DNA of 59,819 nucleotides, counting the filler. It is 4 parts of 4 records of this genome, joined end to end, with 100 filler letters (N's around TTAATTAATTAA, not from the genome) between each part and the next. Parts side by side here need not be neighbours in the genome. Positions count along the whole stretch, not along the records: positions 24,179 to 40,888 come from DRR723986_1719; 3 more parts are not named here. One strand, 5' to 3'. Below are positions 28,935 to 38,915 of this stretch, one piece after another. Position 1 is the first letter of the stretch, and each line of letters starts with the position of its first letter. Both the position numbers and the translations under genes were made by a program. Below the pieces are notes generated by a model, which made no database searches, was not told where the DNA came from, and saw nothing but the letters and a program-made list of their open reading frames with translations.

Positions 28935-30273
28935 GTCCGGGCTCCAGCGGCGCGCGCACAAGACATGCGAGTTCTTGAAATGATGTTTCCGGAAGCAGCA
29001 ACCGGTCGCGCATCGACCAGAGCGCTGACAGGCGGGGTTCACCAAGATCGGCGGCCATCACCCGGAATTTCGCCTCGACCTCGTTCAACCCCATCGGCGC
29101 CTCGGGGCCGCCGCGCGCGTTCACATCGCCCGAGGAGAGCCTGCTGCCATCCTTCAGTGTCACTGTGAGATCGGACCAGCGTCCTGCCGGAAAACGATCG
29201 CTGTGGCGTGCGGATTCCCGAACCGAGATCGTCGGCAGCATGGCCGCCACTTTCGGATCGCGCAATCCGGTTCCCGATATCTGTTCCGGCCCGATCCGCC
29301 CATGGGTCAGCAGCATGGCCAGCGCGAAGGACAGCGAATACTGCGCCTGAGAGGTGGTCTCTGGCATTCCGGGGAAGAGTGCAGCCGATTCCGCGAAGGT
29401 GTTGACCTCGATCCCTGCCACATCTGCGGCGGTGATGGCGTGATCCTGGACAAGGATCGTCAGGGCATCCAGGGCGGCATGTGCCCAACGGCAGATCGGA
29501 TAGGGCTTGATATAGTTTCTTTCGATTGTCCAAACCGCGCCAAGGTCGGACCAATGCGGGGCGGCCTCGTCTGTCTCGATGGTGATTGCGGGGGCACCGG
29601 TAAAGCCGTCAACCGCCATCAGCGCGGCCATCGACCCGACAAGCGCGCCCATTCCTGACCCGTCGTGCAGCATGGTCGGCGTGGCGATCTCGCGCATCAT
29701 CTGACTGCGCGGCCCGTGATATTCGGCAATGCCGAGTGCCTGTCGCAGATGGCCCGGGCTGGTGCCGAGAATCCGGCAACCCAAAGCCGCGACGCCAAGC
29801 GCATTCCACGCCCCGGAGGTGTGGTAATCGCTGACGGATGCGTGCAGGGCGATGCCCGCGCGCGCCGCGATCTCGTAGGACATTACAAGCGCGGCAAGGG
29901 CATCACGCGCCGACAGATCCGGCTTGCCTTCGGCAAAGGCGAACAGTGCCGGAACCACGGCGCATCCGATATGGCCCTTGGTCGGGTTATAGCCGTCATG
30001 GGCATCGAGATTGTCAATCTGGGTGGCTGCGGCAAAGGCCGCGCCGGGGATGGATGCGCAGCGGCCGTCGAACAGCATATGGGCCGCGTGTTCGGGCGAT
30101 CCCGCTGCATGGAAGGCAAAGGCATGATCCCGAGCGATCCGCCCGGCTTCCAGTGTCGTTGCCCCTGCGGCAACCCCCACCGTGTCAATCAGCAATGTGG
30201 CGGCCATATCAAGCGCGCTTTCAGGAAACGCCCTGTGCGACAGCGTGAAATCGGCGATCCGGTCGAAAGTCAT
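28927..30273 (-). CDS. MmgE/PrpD family protein
   Basis: LDAHDG..GHIG, KPYPICRWAH, AQYSL, C-terminal RGGPEAPM. Confidence 0.9.
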   Translation of the reverse strand: MTFDRIADFTLSHRAFPESALDMAATLLIDTVGVAAGATTLEAGRIARDHAFAFHAAGSPEHAAHMLFDGRCASIPGAAFAAATQIDNLDAHDGYNPTKGHIGCAVVPALFAFAEGKPDLSARDALAALVMSYEIAARAGIALHASVSDYHTSGAWNALGVAALGCRILGTSPGHLRQALGIAEYHGPRSQMMREIATPTMLHDGSGMGALVGSMAALMAVDGFTGAPAITIETDEAAPHWSDLGAVWTIERNYIKPYPICRWAHAALDALTILVQDHAITAADVAGIEVNTFAESAALFPGMPETTSQAQYSLSFALAMLLTHGRIGPEQISGTGLRDPKVAAMLPTISVRESARHSDRFPAGRWSDLTVTLKDGSRLSSGDVNARGGPEAPMGLNEVEAKFRVMAADLGEPRLSALWSMRDRLLLPETSFQELACLVRAPLEPGHD

Positions 30274-31013
30274 TGGCGTGTCCTTTCCAGAAGCTGGCCG
30301 TATCCCGGCAAGCTGTCCGCGAGTCCGGCTAGCTGCATGGCCTGAAACATCATCGCCTGGTTTGAGCTGATGACTGGCTTGGCCAGGCGATCCTCCAGCC
30401 GGGCAATGATTTCGACGCTGCGCATGTCGGTGCAGGACAGGACGATGGCGTCGGCATTGGGGTGGTCGGCGGCAAGTCCAAGATCAAACACCGCCTGCGG
30501 ATCCAGATTGCCCTGTCCGTAATTGTCCAGAACGTCATTCACCTCCGATCTTGCAACAGTCTCAATGCCGCTTTCCGCCAGAAACCCAACCGCCATATCG
30601 TTGATCGCGGCGACATAGGGCGAGGCAAAGCCGATGCGCCGCGCCGCAAGCGTGTTCAGGGCATGGACCAGCGCGCCCGCTGCCGTGACCGTTGCCGCGC
30701 CGCTATCCTTTGCGATCCGTTCGGCAAGGTCGCGGTCGAACACCGGACCATGGGTCAGCGTTGCGGAAGTGCAGCCATAAAGGATGACATCCGGGCGAAC
30801 GCCTTGCAGCAGGCGCAACGGTTCGTCCAGATCGGCGGCCCCTAGCCCGTGCATCTGCTCGGCATCCGGAATCTCATCCTGATCGTAGCCCCCCAATCGG
30901 GCGAAATGCAGCGACACGCCGTCTGGCCGTAGCAGCGTCATGTCCGGTTCAAGATTGGTATTCGTGAACGGCACCAGAATGCCGAAACGGGCGCGCCCGC
31001 GTGACGTGCTCAT
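30270..31013 (-). CDS. Maleate cis-trans isomerase / Asp-Glu racemase family protein
   Basis: GILVPFTNTNLEPD, YGCTS, LSCTD (two catalytic Cys), PVISSNQA. Confidence 0.9.
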   Translation of the reverse strand: MSTSRGRARFGILVPFTNTNLEPDMTLLRPDGVSLHFARLGGYDQDEIPDAEQMHGLGAADLDEPLRLLQGVRPDVILYGCTSATLTHGPVFDRDLAERIAKDSGAATVTAAGALVHALNTLAARRIGFASPYVAAINDMAVGFLAESGIETVARSEVNDVLDNYGQGNLDPQAVFDLGLAADHPNADAIVLSCTDMRSVEIIARLEDRLAKPVISSNQAMMFQAMQLAGLADSLPGYGQLLERTRQ

Positions 31014-32092
31014 GGCCTTTGCTCCCTTGACCAGTGTTCCAGGATATCCGCTGCCCTGTCGAGATCGCCCTGCGCCCCGATGGTGACGCGCAGGCAATGA
31101 TGCAGCCCGACCCCGCCTTGCGGGCGCAGGAAGATACCTTCCCGGCGCAGGGCCTCATCGCCGCTGCGCGCGGCGTCGCCGCTGCCAAACCGGATCAACA
31201 GGAAATTGGTATAGCTTTCGGGCAGATCGAACCCGGCTTGCACAAGCCGCCGACGAAAACCGGTTGCCAGCGCAGCGGTCAGATTGCAGGTTTCCCGCAT
31301 GTAGCCTTGATCCGCCAGCGCCGCAGCGGCCGCCGCCTGACTGGAGGCCGCGATATTGTTGGGGTTCATCACCTTGCGGATGTCGCGCGCGATGCCTGGC
31401 GGAAACAGACCCCAGCCGACCCGCATTCCGGCCAAACCATAAGCTTTTGAAAAGGTGCGCAGAACCACAGTGTCACCCCGCTCGACCAGGTCATACACGG
31501 GCTCGTCCAGATGGTCGGCAAATTCGCCATAGGCTTCGTCGATGACCAGCAGGATGTCCCCACGCAGACCATCGCGCAACCGGATCAGTTCGGCGCGCGA
31601 GATGCGGGTTCCCGTGGGGTTGCCGGGATTGGCGACAAACACAAGCCGCGTATCAGGCTGAACGGAGGTCAGCAGCGCATCGACCGACACGTGCCCATCC
31701 TCTTCTGGCGCGGTATCGAACCGTGCCCGGGCCAGCTGAGCCGCCGTTCGAAAGAACGGGTAGGCATGGGCCGGGGCCAGCACGGCGTTGTCTTCATCGG
31801 CAAAGGCCTGCGTAAGACATGCGATCAGTTCCATCGAGCCACAGCCACAGCAGATGCCGTCCACCGGGACAGCGTGCAGCGCCGCCAACCCCTGGCGCAG
31901 CGCCTGCCAATCCGGGTCGGGGTAGAGATGCCCTGCCTGAAGCGCCCCGGCACCTGCGGTGATCGCATGGGGACTGGGGGCGCGCAGGCTTTCGTTTTGT
32001 GACAGCGAGACGAGCGGCTTGCCTTCTGGCGGCGTCAGCTGCGCCAGCGCGTAGGGGGACATGGCGGCAATATGCGCAACAGGGCGGATCAT
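31010..32092 (-). CDS. HisC/CobD-like PLP-dependent aminotransferase (class I/II)
   Basis: LSQNES, YPDP, NPGNPTG, IDEAYGEF, RTFSKAYGLAGMRVG. Confidence 0.9.
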   Translation of the reverse strand: MIRPVAHIAAMSPYALAQLTPPEGKPLVSLSQNESLRAPSPHAITAGAGALQAGHLYPDPDWQALRQGLAALHAVPVDGICCGCGSMELIACLTQAFADEDNAVLAPAHAYPFFRTAAQLARARFDTAPEEDGHVSVDALLTSVQPDTRLVFVANPGNPTGTRISRAELIRLRDGLRGDILLVIDEAYGEFADHLDEPVYDLVERGDTVVLRTFSKAYGLAGMRVGWGLFPPGIARDIRKVMNPNNIAASSQAAAAAALADQGYMRETCNLTAALATGFRRRLVQAGFDLPESYTNFLLIRFGSGDAARSGDEALRREGIFLRPQGGVGLHHCLRVTIGAQGDLDRAADILEHWSREQRP

Positions 32093-33738
32093 GAGCCTGC
32101 TCCGTAAAGATCCTGCGCGGCCTTGCGGCTGATCAGCCCGTGGTCCAGATCGCGTTGCACCTGATCGCGCGGGCGTTCGTGCGGGTCACCGAAACCGGCG
32201 CCCCCCGGCGTCTCGAAGATCAGGGTGTCCCCGGCCTTTACGCGTATCTCTCCTTTGCCTGGAAGATCCGGGCCATCCTCGCCAACGCGAATGCGCCCTG
32301 CGGCCCCTTGCCCTCCACCGAAGCGACCGCGCGCGGGGTTCAGAACCCGTTCGACCGAAAGAAACAGCATGACATCCTGATCTTCGGAGGATCGCATCTC
32401 GATATGCTGACCCAGCCCGCCGCGCGTGCGCCCCGCTCCGCCACTGTCACAGCGCAGTTCACGCCGGGTGATCAGGATCGGCGCGACCGCTTCGGTCGTT
32501 TCCACCTGGCTGCCCCAGACACCGGACGGGAAAGACGTCGCAGACAGCCCGTCCAGACCGGGTCTCGCACCGGTGCCGCCGCTGAAGACCAGTTCCAGCG
32601 CGAATTGCGTATCTCCGCGTGACACCGCCTCGGGCGTATGGCGCAGTGGCAGGTCATACATGCACGACGCCCCTTCGGCGGGCACATCATCCGGCAGGGC
32701 CTGGCTTAGGCAGCCATAGACCAGATCGGGGGTCATCTGCCCCAATGTATGGCGCATGGCCACCGGAGCTGGCGGTTGCGCATTCAGGATGCAGGTCTTC
32801 GGAGCGGTGACGCGGAACGGTGCCAGCGACCCGGCATTGTTGGGAATATCCGGGCCGATGATGCAGCGCAGGGCAAAGACCGTATAAGCGGTGGCGTAGT
32901 TGAGCGGTACGTTGATGCCCTTGTTCGACAGGCCCGATGTGCCGGTAAAATCGACTTCCACGTAATCCTCGGCAATGGTGAGCGCGGCGTGCAGATCAAT
33001 CAGTTGCTCGTAGCCATCTACCGTCAGGATGTTGCGCCAGACCCCTTTGGGCAGCGCCGCGATGGCATCAAGAGTCCCGCGATGGGAGGTGTCGATGATG
33101 TAGTCTGCCAGTTCGTCCAGATGGTCGAGGCCGAATTCCTCCATCATCCCGGCAAGCCGCCGGGCACCGGATTCGCAACAGGCAATCAGCGCATAGATGT
33201 CGCCCTCATTCGCAATCGGTTCGCGCGAATTGGCTTTCACGATCTCCATCAAAAGCGTGTTGAGCCTGCCCGCCTCCATCAGCTTGCAGGGTGGGATCAG
33301 CAGCCCTTCGTCGAAGATGTCAGTGCCCTCCGGCCCCATGCCAAGTCCGCCCAGATCCACCAGATGAGACGTGCAGGAGGTGAAGCCGACAACATGCCCC
33401 CGGTGAAAAACCGGCATCATCAGCAGGAAATCGTTCAGATGTCCCGAGGCGATCCAGGGGTCGTTCGTCAGATAGATGTCGCCGGGCTTCATATCCTGCA
33501 CGGGAAAACGTCCGCGCAGGGTTTTGACGGCCTCGGCCATGGTGTTGATATGCCCCGGCGTTCCGGTTACGGCCTGCGCCAGCATACGGCCTTGCAGATC
33601 AAAGATCCCGGCAGAGATATCGCCGCATTCGCGCACAATGGGGCTGAACGCGGCGCGGATCAGCGCCTGCCCCTGTTCCTCGACCACCGCCAGCAGGCGG
33701 TTCCACATGACTTGCAGACGGGTGCTTGGGGTTGTCAT
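32089..33738 (-). CDS. Hydantoinase B / oxoprolinase subunit
   Basis: AFSPIVRECGD, TNDPWIASGHLND, SHLVDLGG, SGGAGRTRGG, TPGGAGFG. Confidence 0.92.
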   Translation of the reverse strand: MTTPSTRLQVMWNRLLAVVEEQGQALIRAAFSPIVRECGDISAGIFDLQGRMLAQAVTGTPGHINTMAEAVKTLRGRFPVQDMKPGDIYLTNDPWIASGHLNDFLLMMPVFHRGHVVGFTSCTSHLVDLGGLGMGPEGTDIFDEGLLIPPCKLMEAGRLNTLLMEIVKANSREPIANEGDIYALIACCESGARRLAGMMEEFGLDHLDELADYIIDTSHRGTLDAIAALPKGVWRNILTVDGYEQLIDLHAALTIAEDYVEVDFTGTSGLSNKGINVPLNYATAYTVFALRCIIGPDIPNNAGSLAPFRVTAPKTCILNAQPPAPVAMRHTLGQMTPDLVYGCLSQALPDDVPAEGASCMYDLPLRHTPEAVSRGDTQFALELVFSGGTGARPGLDGLSATSFPSGVWGSQVETTEAVAPILITRRELRCDSGGAGRTRGGLGQHIEMRSSEDQDVMLFLSVERVLNPARGRFGGGQGAAGRIRVGEDGPDLPGKGEIRVKAGDTLIFETPGGAGFGDPHERPRDQVQRDLDHGLISRKAAQDLYGAGS

Positions 33739-35834
33739 TTGGGGCTCTCCGGAATGCGGGTCAGCCAGATATTGCGGCCGCCATCCACACGGGCGGTGAA
33801 GTCTGCGCTGACAAAGGTGGTGGTCTGCGGCTCGACGATCAGGGCCGGGCCGGGCAAGTGGTCGCCCGGCTTCAGGGCGTCGCGGTCATGCAGTTCCGCG
33901 TCGCGCAACACGCCCGTTACATCGCACAGAATGCGCCGGTGCCCGATCGCCACGGCGCGGTCGCCCGAGGATATGTCGGGATACTGCGCCAGGGCCAGCG
34001 GCTGCGAAGACACTTCCAGCACCCAATTCAGGATTTCGATCGTCATCCCTGGAACGGCACGGCTGAATTGTTGGCTGTACTCCTCTTCGAACGCCCTGCG
34101 CATCTCGGCCAGATCGCCGTGGGTCAACGCCCGGTCCGGCAGAGGGATTTCGATTTCATGGCCCTGACCGTGATACCGCATCAAGGCCAGTCGCCGCCGG
34201 ATCAGCTCTCCTTCGGGGGCACCGGCACGGACCACGGCCTGCGCCTCGGCAATCATCCCGTCGAAGAACGCGTTCAGTGCGTCCGGGTCCAGGGTCTCCA
34301 GCGTGCTGTAGCGGGATCGCACGATCTCGAACGAGACCGGCGCGAACAGAAATCCGACTGCTGACCCGACGCCGGGATCGCGCGGGATCAGGATTCGGTC
34401 AACCTGGGATCGCCGCGCCACGCGTGTGGCATGAAGCGGACCGTTTCCACCGAAGGCGATCATCACCCGCGCGCCCAGGTCTTTGCCCGATTCCGCCGCG
34501 TGCATACGACCGGCACCCGCCATGTTCTCGTCCACGATCTCACTGACCCCATGGGCCGCACGGATCGCATCAAGCCCAAGCCGCTGGCCAACGTCCGCTG
34601 CCAACGCCGCTTCCGCTTCCGCAAGGTCGATCTGCAATCGTCCCTCGGCAAAGCGGCCGGGAACGATCAGCCCTTGCACAACATCGGCGTCGGTAACCGT
34701 CGGTTGCGTCCCGCCCTTGGCGAAGGCGGCCGGGCCTGGCTCTGACCCGGCGCTTTCTGGCCCCACCTGCAATCGCCCTAACCGGTCGACCCGCGCGACG
34801 GAACCGCCGCCGGCGCCGATTTCGATCATCTCGATCACCGGGATCCGCACCGGCATACCGGACCCTTTGATGAACCGGGCGGCCCGCGCGATCTCGAACT
34901 TGCGGGCCATTTGCGGGCGGCAATTGTCGATCAGGCACAGCTTGGCGGTTGTGCCCCCCATATCGAAGGACAGAACCGCCTGTTCTCCGGTTTCGGCGGC
35001 AATGCGCGCGGCTAGGATGGCCCCGCCAGCCGGACCGGATTCGACCAATCGGATCGGCAGCAGCGCGGCGGTTTCCATGGTGGTCATTCCGCCGCCCGCA
35101 GTCATCATCAGGATCGGGCAGGTCAGACCCTCTGCGCTGAACCGTTTCTGGAAGTCGGCAAGGTAGCGTGCCATCTGCGGCTGAATATAGGCGTTGGCAA
35201 TGGTGGTGCAGAGCCGGTCGAATTCACGCGCTTCGGGGCTGACCTCATGCGATAGCGAGATCACAATATCCGGAAGTGCGGCCAGCAGATGCTCTCGCAG
35301 TCTCAGCTCATGCGCGGGGTTGGCATAGGAATGCATCAGACAGACGGCCACGGCATCCGCGCCGCAGTCTTTCAGCGCCATCGCAAGCGAGGCAATCGCC
35401 TGCTCGTCAAGCGGTGACACTTCACGCCCGTGCGCGTCCATCCGCCCGCCAATCGTGAATGCCCGCGTTCGCGGCACCAGCAGATCGGGCTTGGTCAGAT
35501 TGATGTCATACTGGCTGTAGCGACGTTCATAGGCGATTTCGAGGATGTCGCGAAATCCTTCGGTCGTGATCGTCGCCACCACCGCACCGCGCCGCTCGAT
35601 CAGGGCGTTGGTTGCAAGCGTCGTGCCATGAATGAAGCCGCCGATCTGTGACCAGTCACCGTTCGCATCTTTCAGCACCCGCCGCGCGCCTTCAAGCGCC
35701 CCGAGGGTCGGATTGTCGGGGGTGGTCGGTGTCTTGGTCGTGGCAAGGATCCGTGCGTGTCCGTCCACAAGGACCGTGTCGGTGAAGGTGCCACCGATAT
35801 CCACGGCCAGCCGAAACCCGTGAGTGTTTTGCAT
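33735..35834 (-). CDS. Hydantoinase A / oxoprolinase subunit (ATP-binding)
   Basis: DIGGTFTD, HGTTLATN, ESGPAGG, DMGGTT, IGAGGGS. Confidence 0.93.
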   Translation of the reverse strand: MQNTHGFRLAVDIGGTFTDTVLVDGHARILATTKTPTTPDNPTLGALEGARRVLKDANGDWSQIGGFIHGTTLATNALIERRGAVVATITTEGFRDILEIAYERRYSQYDINLTKPDLLVPRTRAFTIGGRMDAHGREVSPLDEQAIASLAMALKDCGADAVAVCLMHSYANPAHELRLREHLLAALPDIVISLSHEVSPEAREFDRLCTTIANAYIQPQMARYLADFQKRFSAEGLTCPILMMTAGGGMTTMETAALLPIRLVESGPAGGAILAARIAAETGEQAVLSFDMGGTTAKLCLIDNCRPQMARKFEIARAARFIKGSGMPVRIPVIEMIEIGAGGGSVARVDRLGRLQVGPESAGSEPGPAAFAKGGTQPTVTDADVVQGLIVPGRFAEGRLQIDLAEAEAALAADVGQRLGLDAIRAAHGVSEIVDENMAGAGRMHAAESGKDLGARVMIAFGGNGPLHATRVARRSQVDRILIPRDPGVGSAVGFLFAPVSFEIVRSRYSTLETLDPDALNAFFDGMIAEAQAVVRAGAPEGELIRRRLALMRYHGQGHEIEIPLPDRALTHGDLAEMRRAFEEEYSQQFSRAVPGMTIEILNWVLEVSSQPLALAQYPDISSGDRAVAIGHRRILCDVTGVLRDAELHDRDALKPGDHLPGPALIVEPQTTTFVSADFTARVDGGRNIWLTRIPESPK

Positions 35835-36094
35835 GTTGAGAAACCAAAAGCAGAGAGGTCGAGGAATACCCGCATTCCCGGGGCTTACCTATCCCGGGTC
35901 AAGTTCTGCCGTTGGGTTAGACGACGAGGTCGCAGCCGGTCGCCCGGCGTCCCAGATCGCGTGTCATGCTCTGTGCCAGCATTTGGCAACTCTCGTTCAC
36001 TCTGATGTTGAAAACTCTGCCCGCGCCAACGAAGGGCTGTCAACAAATTCCGCGCGTGGCCCGCTGTGCCGTGCAGCCGATGCCGGACCGCGCA

Positions 36095-36778
36095 CTATCC
36101 CGACAGCGTGTTGCGGTTCAAGACGTGGAACCTGCCCGCAGCATCCTCGCCCACAATACACAGGCTGTCGATGCGAAAGGGGGTCGGCATGACCGGGGTG
36201 AAAAGGGTGCTCAATCGGTCGGAGATACCCCCTGCATCCGCGCCAAGCCCGCCCGTCAGGGTCAGGTGAAAGCGGAACTCTTCCATCACATAGGGATAGC
36301 CCCACTGCGCCAGCAGAGCCGTTTGCCGTGCGCTCAAACGCGCCTTGCGGCGCTTGGCGATCTCGGTTTCGGTCGGTGTCGCGCGGAAGGCATCCAGTTC
36401 CGCGACAACCTCGGCGGCGAGATGCGCCAGATCGGCCGAAGGTTCGGCGGGCATAATCGCCGCGAAACCGCCAAGCCTGCGCAGGGTCATCGCCGGAATC
36501 TCCACCGGGGCAAGCCTTTTGCAAAGCGCGGCGGTGGCGGTCCTCAGGGCTGTTTCTGTCTTTCCGGCCGCCAGTCGGAAGGGCGGCTTGATGGTGCCGT
36601 GAAAGCCATAGTTGCGCGGGGCGGACGTGATTTCTGCGACCGGGCGCGCAAGCCCGTTCACTTTGGGATGCTCCACCGGAATGCCTTTCACACTGTCCCA
36701 GCCAAGCCATGACGCCCCGATGCGATAGAACGCGCCTTCGGGCACAACGAAAATACCGTAGCGGCGATAGGTGGTCAT
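36095..36778 (-). CDS. DUF1045 family protein (phosphonate-cluster-associated 2H phosphoesterase)
   Basis: RYGIF..P, SWLGWD, YGFHGTIKPPF, WGYPYVMEEFRFHLTLTG; SD aaagga. Confidence 0.88.
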   Translation of the reverse strand: MTTYRRYGIFVVPEGAFYRIGASWLGWDSVKGIPVEHPKVNGLARPVAEITSAPRNYGFHGTIKPPFRLAAGKTETALRTATAALCKRLAPVEIPAMTLRRLGGFAAIMPAEPSADLAHLAAEVVAELDAFRATPTETEIAKRRKARLSARQTALLAQWGYPYVMEEFRFHLTLTGGLGADAGGISDRLSTLFTPVMPTPFRIDSLCIVGEDAAGRFHVLNRNTLSG

Positions 36779-36814
36779 GGTCGTCCTTTCCAACCCAGAC
36801 GAGGTCAGTTTCAG

Positions 36815-36964
36815 ATGACAGATGAAACGATCCTTGCCAACGCCCGGCACGGGTTCTGGCCCATCTGGGTGATGTACGCGGTCGTCTGTTCCGACATGCA
36901 TCCGTCCGCAACCGGCAAGACCGCCGCAGCCATGACGGAACAGCGTTGCACACTGTTCCCTTGA
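36815..36964 (+). pseudogene. Probable phnM 5' stub fused to unrelated sequence
   Basis: SD gaggt and MTDETILANAR resembling PhnM N-termini; the frame stops after 49 codons. Confidence 0.45.
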
Positions 36965-36989
36965 CAAATGCGGGGCATAACGCTTAACA
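36961..36989 (+). promoter_or_regulatory. Candidate sigma70 promoter of hpaD
   Basis: Perfect TTGACA, N17, then TTAACA; 7-bp inverted repeat ggaacag/ctgttcc directly upstream. Confidence 0.45.
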
Positions 36990-37049
36990 AAGCAATTAAT
37001 TCGGTTTCCTGCCGACCAAAGGGGGCATCTGCGCGCGGAGGAGAATGCC

Positions 37050-38030
37050 ATGACTATTCCAGCACCCAATCTGACGCCACCGTTCAACATCGTCCGGCTC
37101 AGCCATGTAGAATTGCGCGTGACCGATCTGGCCTGGGCGCGCGGGTTCTATGTGGACACGCTCGGGCTGCAAGTGACCCATGAGGATGCCGAGGCGATCT
37201 ATCTGCGGGCGATGGAAGAACGCGGCCATCACTGCCTGATCCTGCGCCGTGCGGAAGCCGGGTCTGTCGGTGCCTTGGGTTTCAAGGTCTGGAGCGATGA
37301 GGATCTTGACAAGGCCGCGCATTGGTTTGCCGCCCGTGACCTGCCGGTTGCTTGGATCGAGCGTCCCTTCATGGGCCGGGTTCTGGCCACCCGCGATCCG
37401 CATGGCGTACCGCTGGAATTTTACGCGCAGATGGACCGGCTGCCCCCGATCCACCAGCAATACAAGTTGTATCGTGGGGTGAAACCTCTGCGCATCGACC
37501 ATTTCAACCTGTTTTCCTCGAACGTGGATGACAGCGTCGCTTTTTACGGCGACATGGGTTTTCGCGTTACGGAATACACCGAGGATGCCGAAACAGGGCG
37601 AACCTGGGCCGCCTGGATGCAGCGCAAGGGCGGCGTACATGACGTTGCCTTTACCAACGGCACTGGTCCCCGCCTGCATCACGTTGCGTTCTGGGTGCCG
37701 ACACCGCTGAACATCATTGACCTGCTCGACCTGATGTCCACCACGGGTTACCTTGAAAACATCGAACGCGGGCCGGGGCGGCACGGGATTTCCAATGCCT
37801 TCTTCCTTTATATCCGCGACAGGGATGGGCACCGGACCGAGATCTATTGCTCGGACTACCAGACCATCGACCCGGATCACGAGCCGATCAAATGGGATCT
37901 GAAAGACCCGCAGCGCCAGACGCTCTGGGGCGCGCCCGCCCCGCGTAGCTGGTTCGAGCTTGGCTCGGTCTTCGATGGGGCCGATCTGGTTGACAGCGAC
38001 CTGACATCACAGCCCATTATCGCCCCCTAA
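37050..38030 (+). CDS. hpaD: 3,4-dihydroxyphenylacetate 2,3-dioxygenase
   Basis: FNIVRLSHVEL, RIDHFN, GGVHDVAFTNG, ERGPGRHGISNAFFLY. Confidence 0.93.
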   Translation: MTIPAPNLTPPFNIVRLSHVELRVTDLAWARGFYVDTLGLQVTHEDAEAIYLRAMEERGHHCLILRRAEAGSVGALGFKVWSDEDLDKAAHWFAARDLPVAWIERPFMGRVLATRDPHGVPLEFYAQMDRLPPIHQQYKLYRGVKPLRIDHFNLFSSNVDDSVAFYGDMGFRVTEYTEDAETGRTWAAWMQRKGGVHDVAFTNGTGPRLHHVAFWVPTPLNIIDLLDLMSTTGYLENIERGPGRHGISNAFFLYIRDRDGHRTEIYCSDYQTIDPDHEPIKWDLKDPQRQTLWGAPAPRSWFELGSVFDGADLVDSDLTSQPIIAP

Positions 38031-38033
38031 GAG

Positions 38034-38915
38034 GTGCCCGACATGAAAGATATCCCCGCCCGTATCGCCGCCTTCCATGCCGATGGCGCGGATCGTTATG
38101 GTGTGGTGACCGATGCCGGTATCATCGACATGACCCCGCAGTTCGGTGCCCGATTTGCGACGCTGCAGGATGTGGTGGAGGCCGGCGCGCTGGAAGAGGT
38201 CATTGCCGCCGCAGAGCCTCAGACCCCGACCTTTCAGGAGGGTGATGTCACCTATCTGATCCCCGTGGCGCGCCCCGAAAAGATCATCTGCATCGGCGTC
38301 AATTTCCCCGACAGGAATGCCGAATACAAGGACGGGCAGGCCGCGCCGGGCAAGCCGTCGATGTTCATCCGCTTCCCGCGCAGCTTTGTCGGCCATGGGC
38401 AAAACCTGATCCGCCCGCCGGAATCGCCGCAGCTGGATTACGAGGGCGAGGTGACCATCGTCATCGGCAAAGCTGGCCGCCGCATCCCGCGTGAGGACGC
38501 TTATGACCACATTGCCGCCCTGACCCTGTGCAACGAAGGCACGATCCGCGATTGGGTGCGCCATGCGAAATTCAACGTCACGCAAGGTAAGAATTGGGAT
38601 CGGTCTGGGTCTATCGGACCATGGCTGGTGCCGTTCCGGGACGCGGCGCAGCTTGATGATATCACGCTCACCACCCGCGTGAACGGCGAGGTCCGGCAAC
38701 AGGACCGCACGGGCCGGATGCTCTATGACTTCCGCTATATTGTGAACTATGTCTCGACCTTCACCACGCTGGTTCCCGGCGACGTGATCGTCTGCGGTAC
38801 CCCCACCGGTGCAGGCGCGCGGTTTGATCCGCCGATCTGGTTGCAGCCCGGTGACGTGATCGAGGTTGAAGCCGAAGGCATCGGCATTCTGCGCAACGGC
38901 GTAGAGGACGAATGA
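38034..38915 (+). CDS. Fumarylacetoacetate hydrolase family protein (HpaG-like)
   Basis: KIICIGVN, LDYEGE, NVTQGKNW, PGDVIVCGTP. Confidence 0.9.
   Translation: MPDMKDIPARIAAFHADGADRYGVVTDAGIIDMTPQFGARFATLQDVVEAGALEEVIAAAEPQTPTFQEGDVTYLIPVARPEKIICIGVNFPDRNAEYKDGQAAPGKPSMFIRFPRSFVGHGQNLIRPPESPQLDYEGEVTIVIGKAGRRIPREDAYDHIAALTLCNEGTIRDWVRHAKFNVTQGKNWDRSGSIGPWLVPFRDAAQLDDITLTTRVNGEVRQQDRTGRMLYDFRYIVNYVSTFTTLVPGDVIVCGTPTGAGARFDPPIWLQPGDVIEVEAEGIGILRNGVEDE

Noticed and set aside
32749..34167. Long antisense ORFs (also 45213-46421, 49803-50945, 50920-52023, 53059-54405, 56346-57857)
   Set aside because: Shadow frames of high-GC genes with no recognisable motifs.
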